A DNA stretch of 64,000 bases from Acidobacteriota bacterium (lineage in GTDB: Bacteria; Acidobacteriota; Thermoanaerobaculia; UBA5066). Where the stretch lies: assembly GCA_029781975.1 (NCBI GenBank), contig JAKOVQ010000017.1, forward strand, positions 130,074 to 194,073, written 5' to 3'. The position numbers and the translations under genes are program-made. Position 1 is the first letter of the stretch, and each line of letters opens with the position of its first letter. Under the pieces are notes generated by a model. It searched no databases. It saw nothing but the letters and a program-made list of their open reading frames with translations, and had not been told where the DNA came from. Shown piece after piece: positions 48,207 to 58,284 of the stretch.

Positions 48207-48231
48207 CCCGGCGGCGCCTCGCGCCGCCGGG
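48207..48231. terminator. GC-rich hairpin between convergent rpsT and lptE (putative bidirectional terminator)
   Basis: Perfect inverted repeat CCCGGCGGCGC-CTC-GCGCCGCCGGG; no U-tract. Confidence 0.45.
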
Positions 48232-48269
48232 CGGTGGGCCAGCCGGCACCGCCCCTGCCGGGTCCCCCG

Positions 48270-48800
48270 TCAGAAGCCTTCGAGGATCGTCGTGACCAGG
48301 CTCCTCGCGAAGGGGCGGGCCAGGGCGTCGACCGCGGCGTTCTCGACGTCCACGTAGCTCCCCGCCGTGAGCGGGACCGGGTAGGGCTGCCGGAAGAGGA
48401 ACGACGGGTTCGCGAAGACCGGCTTCTCGGTCTTGCGGTCCGTGAGGGTCACTTTCGCCACCACGGAGATCTCGTACTCGATCGCCCGCCCCGAGTCGTC
48501 GAAACGGACCGCCTGCACGTTGTAGGCGACGAGGCGCCCCGTCAGCTCGAGGTCCGCCCCCTCCCGGTCCCTCACCGGCTTCAGCCGCGCACGGCCCGCG
48601 AGCTCGCGCAGGACGGCGTCGGTCACGATCTGCTCGAGCCCGACCCGCTGCGTCTCGTTCACGAACGTCTCGACGAAGACGGTCGTGGCCCCGGCCGGCA
48701 GGATTCCCCGCCCCGTCCCGACGAGGGAGTAGCCGCACCCGGCCAGGAGGGCGGCCAGGAGAGGCGCGAGGGCGGCCCGCCAGGCCGTGCGGACCCTCAC
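48270..48800 (-). CDS. lptE: LPS-assembly lipoprotein LptE-like
   Basis: C-terminal 177 aa of ORF 48270..51233: [21 protein letters not shown] lipobox, LptE-like core ([28 protein letters not shown]...LELTGRL); GTG start overlaps leuS stop (GTGA). Confidence 0.65.
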   Translation of the reverse strand: MRVRTAWRAALAPLLAALLAGCGYSLVGTGRGILPAGATTVFVETFVNETQRVGLEQIVTDAVLRELAGRARLKPVRDREGADLELTGRLVAYNVQAVRFDDSGRAIEYEISVVAKVTLTDRKTEKPVFANPSFLFRQPYPVPLTAGSYVDVENAAVDALARPFARSLVTTILEGF

Positions 48801-51271
48801 CTCACGACGAGGTTGAGGAGGCGGTCGAGGACGAAGATCGTCTTCACGCGCGCCTTCCCCTCCAGCCACCGGGCGATCGGCTCGCTCGCCTCGGCCGCCG
48901 CGACCACGTCCGCCTCCTTCGCCCCGCGGGGCAGGGGCAGCTGGCCCCGGAGCTTGCCGTTGACCTGGACGGCGTAGGTCACCGTCTCCTCGAGGGCGAG
49001 CGCGGGGTCGTACGAGGGCCATCCGGCGGAGAGGAGGCTCCCGTTTCCCCCGAGGCGCTCGTGGAGCTCCTCGGTGAGGTGCGGCGCGATCGGGTGGAGG
49101 AGCGTCAGGAGGGTCAGGAGCGACGCGCGCGTCTCCCCCGGGTCGGCGTCCGGGTCCGCGACGAGCTGAGAGACCTGGTGGGAGAACTCCATCAGGTGGG
49201 CGACCGCGGTGTGGAAACGGAAGGCCTCGAAGTCCTCCGTCACCGTCTTGACTACCGCGTGCCGCCGGCGCGCGGCCGGGGTGTCGGCCGCGGGCGGGGG
49301 CGAGCCGGCCGCGGCGGCGTGCCGCTCGACGAAGCTCTCGGCGACGGCGCGGACGCGGGAGAGGAACCGCTCCGGCCCGGCGATCTGCTCGTCGCTCCAC
49401 TCCGCGTCCGCCTCGGGCGGGCCGAGGAAGAGGACGTACGTCCGGACGACGTCGGCTCCCTTCGACGCGATGAGCGGGTCGAGGGAGACCGCGTTGCCGC
49501 GGGACTTCGACATCTTCTCGACGCGGCCGCTCGGGGAGAGGCGCGTGATCATCCCCTGGTTGAAGAGGGCGGTGAACGGCTCCTCGAACGCCACGAGGCC
49601 GAGGTCCCTGAGGACGCGGGCGAAGAACCGCGCGTAGAGGAGGTGGAGGATCGCGTGCTCGATCCCGCCGATGTACTGCGTGACCGGCGCCCACCGCTTG
49701 GCGACGCCCGGATCGAACGGGGCCGTCTCGTTCGCCGGGTCGAGGTACCGCAGGTAGTACCAGGACGAGTCGACGAACGTGTCCATCGTGTCGGTCTCGC
49801 GGCGGGCGGCTTCGCCGCAGCGCGGGCACGTCGTCCTCACGAACGACTCGACCTTCTCGAGGGGGTTCCCCCCCTTCCCCGTGAACGGCGCGTCGGCGGG
49901 GAGGAGGATCGGGAGCTCCTCGTCCGGGACGGGGACCCAGCCGCACGACGGACAGGAGACCATCGGGATCGGCGTCCCCCAGTAGCGCTGGCGGGAGATG
50001 AGCCAGTCCCTCAGGCGGTAGCGGACGCGGGGCCCGCCGATGCCGCGGGCCTCGGCCTCCCGGGCGATCGCCTCCCGGCCCGCCTCCGAGGAGAGTCCGT
50101 CGTACGGCCCCGACGCCGTCATCGTCCCTTCCCCCGTCCAGCAGGCGGCGTCGGGCGCGGCCCCGGCGGGGCGGCGGACGACCTCCCGGATCGGGATGCC
50201 GTACTTCGTGCAGAACTCGTGGTCCCGCGCGTCGTGAGCCGGGACAGCCATGATCGCGCCGGTCCCGTACTCGGCCAGGACGAAGTTCGCCAGCCAGACC
50301 GGGATCCGCTCGCCGGTGAACGGGTTGATCGCGTGCGCCCCCGTGAAGCGGCCGTCCTTCTCGGCTCCCTCGGCCTCGCGCTGGACCCGGTCCTGGCTCC
50401 GCACGCCGCGGATCCACGCCTCCAGGGCGTCGCGGTCCGGGCTCCCTTCGAGGAGCCGCGGGACCGCGGGGTGCTCCGGGGCGAGGATCATCGCGGTCGC
50501 TCCGTAGACGGTGTCCGGCCGCGTCGTGAAGACCCGGATCCGCTCGCCGAGCTTCGGCACCTCGAACTCGAGGTCCGCCCCGACGGAGCGGCCGATCCAG
50601 TTCCGCTGCATGGCGCGGACCTTCTCGGACCAGGCGGGCAGCTGGTCGAGGCCGGAAAGGAGGCTGTCGGCGTACTCGGTGATCCGGAGGAACCACTGCT
50701 CGAGCTCGCGAGCCACGACCGTGCTCTTGCACCGCTCGCAGACGCCCCCCTCGGCCTGCTCGTTGGCCAGGACCGTCTCGCACGAGGGACACCAGTTGAC
50801 CGTTCCCTTCCGGCGGTAGGCGAGGCCCTTCTCGTACATCCGGAGGAAGAGCCACTGGTTCCACCGGTAGTACTCGGGCTCGCAGGTCGTGACCTCCTTC
50901 GTCCAGTCGTAGAGGACGCCCCACTGGGCGAACTGCTCCTTCATCGCGGCGATGTTCGCCAGCGTCGACTGGCGGGGAGGGATCCCGCGCTGGATCGCGA
51001 AGTTCTCCGCCGGGAGGCCGAAGGCGTCCCACCCCATCGGGCAGAAGACCGTGACCCCCTTCTGCTTCAGGTAGCGGTGGAGCGCGTCCGTCAGGAAGTA
51101 GGTCCGGGCGTGGCCGACGTGGAGCCGGTCGCCGGACGGGTACGGGAGCATGACGAGGAGGTAGGTCCCGGCCGTGGCGGGGTCGGCGGTGTCGACGAAC
51201 GCGGCACGGTCCTCGGCCCAGCGGGCCTGCCACTTTCTCTCGAGGGCGGTCTTGTCGTCTCGCGGTTCCAT
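48797..51271 (-). CDS. leuS: Leucine--tRNA ligase
   Basis: 824 aa from [17 protein letters not shown]; HIGH-type [19 protein letters not shown]1 editing domain, zinc Cys clusters; ORF 48797..52168 N-terminal 300 aa are artifact. Confidence 0.9.
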   Translation of the reverse strand: MEPRDDKTALERKWQARWAEDRAAFVDTADPATAGTYLLVMLPYPSGDRLHVGHARTYFLTDALHRYLKQKGVTVFCPMGWDAFGLPAENFAIQRGIPPRQSTLANIAAMKEQFAQWGVLYDWTKEVTTCEPEYYRWNQWLFLRMYEKGLAYRRKGTVNWCPSCETVLANEQAEGGVCERCKSTVVARELEQWFLRITEYADSLLSGLDQLPAWSEKVRAMQRNWIGRSVGADLEFEVPKLGERIRVFTTRPDTVYGATAMILAPEHPAVPRLLEGSPDRDALEAWIRGVRSQDRVQREAEGAEKDGRFTGAHAINPFTGERIPVWLANFVLAEYGTGAIMAVPAHDARDHEFCTKYGIPIREVVRRPAGAAPDAACWTGEGTMTASGPYDGLSSEAGREAIAREAEARGIGGPRVRYRLRDWLISRQRYWGTPIPMVSCPSCGWVPVPDEELPILLPADAPFTGKGGNPLEKVESFVRTTCPRCGEAARRETDTMDTFVDSSWYYLRYLDPANETAPFDPGVAKRWAPVTQYIGGIEHAILHLLYARFFARVLRDLGLVAFEEPFTALFNQGMITRLSPSGRVEKMSKSRGNAVSLDPLIASKGADVVRTYVLFLGPPEADAEWSDEQIAGPERFLSRVRAVAESFVERHAAAAGSPPPAADTPAARRRHAVVKTVTEDFEAFRFHTAVAHLMEFSHQVSQLVADPDADPGETRASLLTLLTLLHPIAPHLTEELHERLGGNGSLLSAGWPSYDPALALEETVTYAVQVNGKLRGQLPLPRGAKEADVVAAAEASEPIARWLEGKARVKTIFVLDRLLNLVVR

Positions 51272-51306
51272 AAGCAGACCCGCGAGTCTAGCAAGCCCGC
51301 CCCCCG

Positions 51307-52365
51307 TCAGCGCGCGCCGCTGGCGAGCCGCTCCGCGACGCTCCGCTGCACCGCCGCCGCCAGCGACCGGAGGGGCGCCCGGAGCGCCCCGCCGGCGGCG
51401 CGGGCCGCCGCATCGGGCATCCCCGGGATGACGGCGGTCTCCCGCCCCTCGCAGAGGACCGCCCCTCCCGCCGCGGCGACCGCCGCGGCGCCCGCGCTCC
51501 CGTCGTCCCCCATTCCCGTGAGGACGAGGGCGACGGTCCGCTCGCCGAAGGTCCGCGCGGCCGACTCGAAGAGGAGGTCGGCGGACGGGCACCAGCGGAC
51601 ACGGCCCGTGTGCGGCGTGACCCGGAGGACGACGCGACCCGCCGACCGCGCGAACTCGAGGTGGTGTCCGCCCGGGGCGATCCAGACCACGCCGGGGAGC
51701 GCCTCCCCGCCCGGCTCGGCCTCCCGGACGTCCCACCCCGTCCCGGTCGAGAGGCGCGACGCGAGGGAACGGGTGAACGGGGGCGGCATGTGCTGGGCGA
51801 CCGCCACGACCGCGTGCAGCGGGCCGAGGTCGAGGAAGAAGTCGCGAAGCGCCGGGGGCCCCCCGGTCGAGGCAGCGACGACGAGCGCCGGGGCCTCCCC
51901 CACGGCCGGGGCCTTCCCGGCGCGTCGCGGCTGCGGCGCCGGCCGCCCCTGCGAGGCGGTCCGCTGCCGCAGGCCTTCGAACGAGATCTGCCGGGCCCCC
52001 TCCACCGCCTCCGCGAGGCGTCTCTTCCACCGCGCGATCGCTTCGGGCTGCGCCGTGGCCTTGCCCACGAAGTCGATCGCCCCGGCCTCGAGCGCCAGGA
52101 GCGCGCGGCGCTCCTGCCTCTCGGCCGAGACGACGACCACCGGGACGGGCCGGTTGGCCATGATCCACCGGAGGACGGCCTGGCCGTCCATGTCGGGGAG
52201 GCCGAGGTCGAGCGTCACCAGGTCGAAGCGGTCGGAGAGGAGCTTTCGGATCGCCTCCTCCCCCGTCACGGCCGTCTCCACCGAGGAGACGTGTCTCGAC
52301 TCGGCGAGCGCCTCCTGGATCCTCAGCCGCTGGAACGCCGAGTCCTCGACGACGAGGGCCCTCAC
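51307..52365 (-). CDS. cheB: Chemotaxis response regulator protein-glutamate methylesterase
   Basis: 352 aa; receiver domain (VVEDSAFQR...[14 protein letters not shown]), methylesterase domain (STGGPPAL, catalytic Ser/His/Asp). Confidence 0.85.
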   Translation of the reverse strand: MRALVVEDSAFQRLRIQEALAESRHVSSVETAVTGEEAIRKLLSDRFDLVTLDLGLPDMDGQAVLRWIMANRPVPVVVVSAERQERRALLALEAGAIDFVGKATAQPEAIARWKRRLAEAVEGARQISFEGLRQRTASQGRPAPQPRRAGKAPAVGEAPALVVAASTGGPPALRDFFLDLGPLHAVVAVAQHMPPPFTRSLASRLSTGTGWDVREAEPGGEALPGVVWIAPGGHHLEFARSAGRVVLRVTPHTGRVRWCPSADLLFESAARTFGERTVALVLTGMGDDGSAGAAAVAAAGGAVLCEGRETAVIPGMPDAAARAAGGALRAPLRSLAAAVQRSVAERLASGAR

Positions 52366-52375
52366 GCGGCGCCCC

Positions 52376-53200
52376 TCACCTGCGGTAGGCGACGTCGTTC
52401 GCCAGGCGGACGAGCGTGAGCGGCGCGGCCGCGGCCGCGAGCGCGTCCGAGGCCCCGAGGAGCATGTAGCCCCCCGGCTTGAGGCGGCTGCAGAAGACGG
52501 AGACCGCGCGGGACCGGGCCTCCTCGTCGAGGTAGATGAGGACGTTCCGGCAGACGATGACGTCGAAGGCCGCCCCTCCCGCGGCGTCGTCGAGGATGCC
52601 GCGCTGATCGAAGGCGACGGCGCTGCGGACCGCGGACCGGACCCTCGCGAGGCCGCCGTCGGCGGGCTCGAAGTGCGCCCGGACCCGCTCGGGGCTCGTG
52701 GCGCGGAGGGAGTGGGGGCCGTAGAGGGCGGCCCGGGCGCGCCGGATGTTGGCCGGGGAGAGGTCGGTGCCGAGGACTCGCGCGCGGCGGCCCGGGAGCG
52801 CCCCCTTCTCGAGCAGGAGCATCGCGAGGGTGTAGGCCTCCTCCCCCGTCGCGCAGCCCGCCGACCAGACTTCCAGGCTCCCGTCGGTCCCCGCGGCGAG
52901 GAGGCGCTCGGGTGCGATCTCCTCCGCGAAGGCCCGGAGGGCCGGGGGATCGCGGAAGAAGTACGTCTCCGAGTTGACGGCGGCGTCGAGCAGCCTCCCG
53001 AACGCCGGGCTCGACGTCGGCTCGTTCCGGAGGAGCCCGAAGAGCTGGTAGAAGGAGCCCGCGGCCCGCGCGTCGGCGGAGAGGCGCGTCTCCAGCCGGG
53101 GCCGGTGGGCCTCCGTCAGGACGTACCCGGTCCGCCTTCTCACGAGGTCCGCGAAGAGCCTGTAGACCCGGTCCGAGAGGGCGCCGCCGCGCGTCGTCAA
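52376..53200 (-). CDS. cheR: Chemotaxis protein methyltransferase
   Basis: 274 aa; CheR N-domain and SAM MTase (VWSAGCATGEEAYTLAMLL, ILGTDLS, IVCRNVLIYLD). Confidence 0.85.
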   Translation of the reverse strand: MTTRGGALSDRVYRLFADLVRRRTGYVLTEAHRPRLETRLSADARAAGSFYQLFGLLRNEPTSSPAFGRLLDAAVNSETYFFRDPPALRAFAEEIAPERLLAAGTDGSLEVWSAGCATGEEAYTLAMLLLEKGALPGRRARVLGTDLSPANIRRARAALYGPHSLRATSPERVRAHFEPADGGLARVRSAVRSAVAFDQRGILDDAAGGAAFDVIVCRNVLIYLDEEARSRAVSVFCSRLKPGGYMLLGASDALAAAAAPLTLVRLANDVAYRR

Positions 53201-55413
53201 GGCCGCCCTCCGTCACGGCCGCGCCGCCGTCCCGACGTGGCGGCGATGGCGTGCGACCAGCGGCGCTCCGCCCGCGGCGGGGCGATCGCCCACGCCCGGC
53301 GGCACGCCTCGGGGAAGCGGAGCGCGAGCGCCTCCGCCGCAGCCGCCGCCTCCCGGGGGAGCCTCTCCCGCGCCAGCACCTCCGTCAGGGGCGCGATCGC
53401 CTCGTCGCCGGAGGCGACGGCGACGGCCGAGAGGAGCGCGGGGAGGACCACGGGCGACGTCTCCACTGAAAGGGCCGCGGCGAGCGCGGGCGGGAGCAGG
53501 CCCCCCGGCAGGGGGGCGGGCCGCTCGGCGACGACCAGCCCGGCCTCGGCCCGGACCTCGTCCCTGGGATCCTCGAGCGCCACGGCGAGGGCCTGCTCGG
53601 CGACGTCGGACGGGGCGACCCGCAGGGCGGAGACGGCGGCCCGCGCCGTCTCGGGGTCCTCGTGCTCCACGGCGACGGCTGCCTGGGCCGCTGCCTCGGC
53701 GTCCCCCGTCCTCACGATCTCCTCGAGCGCCGCCACGCGGACCGGCCCCTCCTGGGCCAGCATGTCGTCGACGAGGCGGGGGCGCTCCTCCCCGGCCAGG
53801 GCGATCAGGGCCGCGCCGGCCGCCGCGGCGACGGACGGCTCGTCCACCAGGAAGACCAGGGCGTCGCGCCAGCGGAAGCCCGCCGGCGCGGAGCCGATCT
53901 CGGCGCGGCTCGCGAGCCCACGGAGCGCGGCGGCCCGCACGCCGGGGTGCGGGTCGGCGAAGGCCGCGACGAGCTCCAGGTCCCCCAGGGCCGTCCCCTC
54001 CGAGCCGGCGGCCACGGCGGCACGCCGGACCTCCGGGTCGGGCGATGCCAGCGCCCCGCGTATGGCCACGGCCACGTCGGCGCCCCCCACCCCGGCGAGC
54101 GCCAGGAGCGCCGCCGTCCGGCCAGGCCCGTCGGCCCCGGCCGCCCGGTCCAGGAGCGCCTTCCGGCGGATGACGATCCGGTCCGGGGGGGTACGGGGAG
54201 GGCTCGACGCGAGCGCGAGAGCCGCCGGCAGGGACGTCTCCGGGTCGTCCTCCGCGAGGACGTCGATCAGGTCCTCGATCGGCGCGAGCCCCGGCGGGAG
54301 CGCCGAGAGGACCGCCGCCTTCACCGAGGGCGAGGGGTGGACCAGGAGCGGGAGGAGCTGCGCCGCCCTCGGGCCCTCCCTGAAGGCGTCGACCACCTCC
54401 AGCGCCGGCTCGGGCTCCGCGCTCTGGAGGACCGCCGAGAGGACCTCCGGGAGCCGGCTCTCGGAGAAGCGCTCGAGCGCCGCGAAGCCGTCGAGGAACG
54501 GCCCGTGCGTCGCGAGGGCGAGGCAGGCCCCCGGGACGTCGAAGAGCGCGAGGAGGTGGGCCGAGTCGGTCCGCGCGTTGAGGGGCGCCTCCGGGTCGGC
54601 CACGATCCCGAGGAGGACGCTCGCGGCGTCGGGCCACTGCCCGGCGAGGCGTCCGGCCACCCCGGGCGGAGCGGCTTCCAGGGCCGTCCGGAGGGCCGCC
54701 AGGACGAGGGGGTCGCGGTCGCCCGCGGCCGCCTGGCGGAGGAGGGGCTCCGCCGGCACGGCGGCGTGCAGGCGGGCCAGCGTCGCGAGCACGGGGGAGC
54801 GGAGGGAGGGGCTCGGGAGGAGGGGGAGGAGCCTCGGGACGACGTCGGGGTCGCCGAGGAGGGCCAGCCCTTCGAGGGCGTGCACCTGCAGCCAGAGGCT
54901 CGGCTCGTCGAGCGCTGCCAGGAGCGGCGCCGCCGCCTCGCGGCGCCCGGTGCGGCCGAGGGCCAGGAGGAGGGCAGCGCGCGCGTTCGGGTCCCCTTCC
55001 CTGCGGGCGGCGGCCTCGATCGCCGCGACGGCGGCCGCGTCCGGTCCGCGTCCAGGCAGCGCCCCGGCCGCGGCGAGCCGGACGTCGGGAGAGGGATGCT
55101 GGAGCGCTCCGAGGAGGACGGCGCGCCCGGCCGGTCCCCCCCGGGCGAGGAGGGCGAGCCCGGCGGCGCGGTGCCCCGCGTTGGCCTCGTCCGCGAGCGC
55201 GACCGCGCAGGCGGACGCGATCCTCGGGCTGAACCGGCGCGCCAGCGCCGCCACCGCGCGCTCGCGGACCCGGTAGTCCTCGTCGGCGAGGAGGCCGATG
55301 AGCTGGTCCTCCGCCTCCTCGCCGGCCCGGCGCGCCAGGGCGTCGGCCGCGGCCCACCGGACGTCGGCGTCCTCCGACTCGAGGTCCAGCTCCGGTCCAC
55401 GGCTCTCCGTCAC
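53197..55413 (-). CDS. HEAT-repeat (PBS-lyase-like) protein embedded in the che operon, Cpc7-like
   Basis: 738 aa from GTG (VTESRGPELD) overlapping cheW stop; at least 15 degenerate HEAT/PBS-lyase repeats (DxDxxVRxxAAxALG pattern: DADVRWAAADALAR, DYRVRERAVAAL, SPDVRLAAAGAL, DPEVRRAAVAAG, HPGVRAAALRGL, RDEVRAEAGL); ATGA overlap with cheR; the 125-aa N-terminus of the ORF is artifact. Confidence 0.7.
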   Translation of the reverse strand: MTESRGPELDLESEDADVRWAAADALARRAGEEAEDQLIGLLADEDYRVRERAVAALARRFSPRIASACAVALADEANAGHRAAGLALLARGGPAGRAVLLGALQHPSPDVRLAAAGALPGRGPDAAAVAAIEAAARREGDPNARAALLLALGRTGRREAAAPLLAALDEPSLWLQVHALEGLALLGDPDVVPRLLPLLPSPSLRSPVLATLARLHAAVPAEPLLRQAAAGDRDPLVLAALRTALEAAPPGVAGRLAGQWPDAASVLLGIVADPEAPLNARTDSAHLLALFDVPGACLALATHGPFLDGFAALERFSESRLPEVLSAVLQSAEPEPALEVVDAFREGPRAAQLLPLLVHPSPSVKAAVLSALPPGLAPIEDLIDVLAEDDPETSLPAALALASSPPRTPPDRIVIRRKALLDRAAGADGPGRTAALLALAGVGGADVAVAIRGALASPDPEVRRAAVAAGSEGTALGDLELVAAFADPHPGVRAAALRGLASRAEIGSAPAGFRWRDALVFLVDEPSVAAAAGAALIALAGEERPRLVDDMLAQEGPVRVAALEEIVRTGDAEAAAQAAVAVEHEDPETARAAVSALRVAPSDVAEQALAVALEDPRDEVRAEAGLVVAERPAPLPGGLLPPALAAALSVETSPVVLPALLSAVAVASGDEAIAPLTEVLARERLPREAAAAAEALALRFPEACRRAWAIAPPRAERRWSHAIAATSGRRRGRDGGRP

Positions 55414-55832
55414 GTCGTCCCCCTCGCGAGGAGCTGCCCCAGGTCGAGGATCCTCAGGGTACGGTCGCCCTCGGCGACGAGGCCGGCCACCCGTCCCGTC
55501 CCCGGCGGGGCGGGGGTCTGCCGTTCCTCCGGGATGAGCTCGAAGCCGTCGATCGCGTCGACGAGGAGCGCGTGGGGCTCGCCCTCGACGACGATCAGCA
55601 TCCGGGGACCGTCGCCGTCCGGGGGCCTCGCGGAGCTTTCGTCCCCGAGCGCGATGCCGACGTCGACGACTCCCAGCGGCTCTCCCCGGACGAGCGCGAC
55701 GCCGCGGTATGCCGGTGGCGCGCCGGGCAGCGGGGCGAGGACCCTCAGGCGCGCGGCTTCCCGCACCCGGTCCAGGGGGATGGCACACCGCCCGCCCCGC
55801 GTCCGGAAGGTGAGGAAGCGCGTCTCGCTCAT
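55410..55832 (-). CDS. cheW: Chemotaxis coupling protein CheW
   Basis: Internal ATG MSETRFLTFRTRGGRCAIPLDRVREAARL...GVALVRGEPLGVVDV, CheW-like domain about 140 aa; ATGA overlap with cheA stop. Confidence 0.75.
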   Translation of the reverse strand: MSETRFLTFRTRGGRCAIPLDRVREAARLRVLAPLPGAPPAYRGVALVRGEPLGVVDVGIALGDESSARPPDGDGPRMLIVVEGEPHALLVDAIDGFELIPEERQTPAPPGTGRVAGLVAEGDRTLRILDLGQLLARGTT

Positions 55833-57874
55833 GCCGTCGCCGTCTCCGGGAGGGGGAAGGCGCCTCCGCCCGTCGCGCGGGCGAGGAGAGCCCCGGCGTC
55901 GAGGGTGAGGGCGAGCCCGCCCCCCGGAATCTCCGCCGCCCCCGTGACCTCGCGGGCCCGCGGAAGCGACTCGGAGAGGGGCTTCACCAGCACCTCGACG
56001 GTCCCCTCGATCGACGAGACGACGAGGCCCGCCCGGAGGCTCCCCTCCTCCAGGACGACGACGGCTCCCTCCGCCGCGGCCGGCGCCGCGTTCGGGAGCC
56101 CCAGGAGCGTCCCGAGGTCGACGAGGGGGACCGACGCCTGGCCCTCCTCTCTCAGGCACGTCCTCCCGTCGTGGAGGGCGACGTCCTCCGGACGCGGCTC
56201 TGCGCTCCGGGCGACGCTGGTCGTCGGCAGGGCGAAGGAGGCGTCGCCGACCCGGACGAGGAGGACGTCGAGCTGGACGAGCGTCATCGGCACGACGATC
56301 TCGAAAACCGATCCCCTCCCCTTCTCGGAGCGAACGGCGACGCGCCCCTTGAGCGCGGCGAGGTTCGACGCGACGACGTCGAGGCCCACCCCGCGGCCGG
56401 AAACGCTCGACACCCGCGCGGCCGTCGAGAACCCGGGGCGGAAGAGGAGGGAGAGGGGGTCGGGGGGGTCGGCGTCTCCGGGGCCGAGGACCCCGAGCGA
56501 CCGCGCGTGCGCGAGGATGAACGACGGGTCGATTCCCCGGCCGTCGTCCTCGAGTGTGAACACCACCTCGCGGCCCCGCGCCGCGACCGACAGGGTCACC
56601 CGTCCCTCGGGGCTCTTCCCCGCCTCCCGGCGCTCGGCGGCGGGCTCGATGCCGTGGTCGAGGGCGTTCCGGATCAGGTGGAGCAGCGGGTCTCCCAGGT
56701 CGTCCGCCAAAGTCTTGTCGATCTCCGTGTCGCCCCCGAAGACCTGAAACGAGACCTGCTTCCCCAGGGCGATCGCCAGCTGCCGGGCCGTCCGGTCCAG
56801 CCGGGACGTCAGCTGGTCGACCGGCACGAGGCGAGTCGAGAGGGCCGCCTTCCCGACGGCCGTCACGGCCCGGTCGAGGTGCCCGAACGCGCGCTGGAGC
56901 TCGTACCGCGCCGCGCGGTCCGAGGTCGAAGGGAGGGCGCGCTCGAGGGCCAGCGCGACGGCCCCGCGCGCCAGGGCGAGCTCGCCGGCGAGGTCGACGA
57001 GCCGCTCCACCTTCTCCATCGCCACGCGCACCGTCCCGCGCGTGGGAGACGGGAGCGCGATCGCCGCCTCCGCGTCGCCTCGCGGGGGGGCCGGTCGCTC
57101 GGCCGTCCGGTCGGGGGGCGTCCGCGCCTCCGGAGGATGGGTCCATTCGAGGTGGCCGCCGCAGCGCGCCGCGACCTCCGCCGGCGAGGCGGAAGGCCCC
57201 GCGGCGACCAGGAGACGGAACCCGATCGTCGACGGGCCTCCCGGAACCCCCGGGAACGTCCCGATCAGCTCTCCGGCGGTCGCGGCCTCGGCCATCCCCT
57301 TCCGGAGGCCGTCGTCGAACGTGTCGAGGGGGAGATCGAGCGCCACGAGGGCGAGGCGCCGGCCGCGGCGTCCGTTCTCCGCGAGGCGATGGCGCTCGTA
57401 GTCGGTCAGGAGCGAGTCGAGGTCCGGCGGAACGTCGAGGGACGGCGGCCCGGACGGTTCCTTCGGCGGCTGGCGAAGGGCCGCCTCTGCGAGCCGGTCC
57501 AGGAGCGCCGGGTCCGGCTGCGGGTCCGCCTCGCCGGCGGCCACGGCCGACACGAGCGCTGCGAGGGCGGTCAGGCCCGCGCGCGCCGCTGCGCCCCCCG
57601 TCGCGTCCGCGCGGGCCCGGCCCATCCGGAACGCGTCGAGGAGGGCCTCGAGCTGGTGGGCCGCCTGGGCGATCCCCGTCAGCCCCACCATCGCCCCGAC
57701 CCCCTTCAACGAATGGACCTCGCGGAAGAGCCTGTTGACCGCCTCGGGGGAGGGGTCGTCTCCCCCGGCGCGCACCGCCTCGAGGGCCGAGCCGGCCGCT
57801 TCGAGGAGGGTCTCGGCCTCCGCGAGGAACTCGCGCCGGAGCCGGGCCTCGTCGCGCGTCGGGCGGGGGCTCAC
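55829..57874 (-). CDS. cheA: Chemotaxis histidine kinase CheA
   Basis: 681 aa; Hpt P1 (HSLKG), dimerisation, HATPase_c (LLHLIRNALDHGIE, DDGRGID, GRGVGLDVV), C-terminal CheW-like P5. Confidence 0.9.
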   Translation of the reverse strand: MSPRPTRDEARLRREFLAEAETLLEAAGSALEAVRAGGDDPSPEAVNRLFREVHSLKGVGAMVGLTGIAQAAHQLEALLDAFRMGRARADATGGAAARAGLTALAALVSAVAAGEADPQPDPALLDRLAEAALRQPPKEPSGPPSLDVPPDLDSLLTDYERHRLAENGRRGRRLALVALDLPLDTFDDGLRKGMAEAATAGELIGTFPGVPGGPSTIGFRLLVAAGPSASPAEVAARCGGHLEWTHPPEARTPPDRTAERPAPPRGDAEAAIALPSPTRGTVRVAMEKVERLVDLAGELALARGAVALALERALPSTSDRAARYELQRAFGHLDRAVTAVGKAALSTRLVPVDQLTSRLDRTARQLAIALGKQVSFQVFGGDTEIDKTLADDLGDPLLHLIRNALDHGIEPAAERREAGKSPEGRVTLSVAARGREVVFTLEDDGRGIDPSFILAHARSLGVLGPGDADPPDPLSLLFRPGFSTAARVSSVSGRGVGLDVVASNLAALKGRVAVRSEKGRGSVFEIVVPMTLVQLDVLLVRVGDASFALPTTSVARSAEPRPEDVALHDGRTCLREEGQASVPLVDLGTLLGLPNAAPAAAEGAVVVLEEGSLRAGLVVSSIEGTVEVLVKPLSESLPRAREVTGAAEIPGGGLALTLDAGALLARATGGGAFPLPETATA

Positions 57875-58284
57875 GACGGGTCCTGCCCGGGCGGGAGGAG
57901 CTCGTCGAGGATTCGCGCGAGCATCTCGGCGTCGAACGGCTTCGCCAGGTAGCCGTCGGCGCCGGCGCTGCGCGCGCGGTCCGCGTCGCCGGGCTCCCTC
58001 TCCGTCGAGACGGCGACGACCGGAAGCGCCCTCTGCTCGGGGCGCGCCCGGATCAGCCGGATCAGCTCCAGGCCGGAAAGGGTCGGCATGTTGACGTCCG
58101 TCAGGACGAGGTCGAACGTCGCCCGGGGCAGCTGCCGCAGGGCCTCGAATCCGTCACCGGCCTCGGACACGTCGACGGGGCGGCGCCTGGTCCGGCTCCA
58201 GGACGCGATCGCCTGGCAGACGAGGAGCCGGGCGGGACCGGAGTCGTCGACGACGAGGATCCGCCGCGTCCGGGCGGGGCTCAC
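57871..58284 (-). CDS. cheY: CheY-like single-domain response regulator
   Basis: 137 aa from GTG; ILVVDDS, DLVLTDVNMP (phospho-Asp), AVSTE, conserved Lys in YLAKPF; GTGA overlap with upstream gene stop and ATGA overlap with cheA start. Confidence 0.75.
   Translation of the reverse strand: MSPARTRRILVVDDSGPARLLVCQAIASWSRTRRRPVDVSEAGDGFEALRQLPRATFDLVLTDVNMPTLSGLELIRLIRARPEQRALPVVAVSTEREPGDADRARSAGADGYLAKPFDAEMLARILDELLPPGQDPS

Noticed and set aside
49061-55276. 2071-aa plus-strand ORF (and similar giants 577..3699, 34458..38798, 26084..29581, 20536..22755, 7806..9899, 12447..14267)
   Set aside because: They are antisense to well-supported genes (leuS, cheB, cheR, HEAT protein, priA, the ABC importer, uvrC, recG, msbA, rpsA). 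Their translations are low-complexity Arg/Gly/Pro/Asp-rich strings with no recognisable domains, the expected stop-codon-free antisense frames of a 75 % GC genome.
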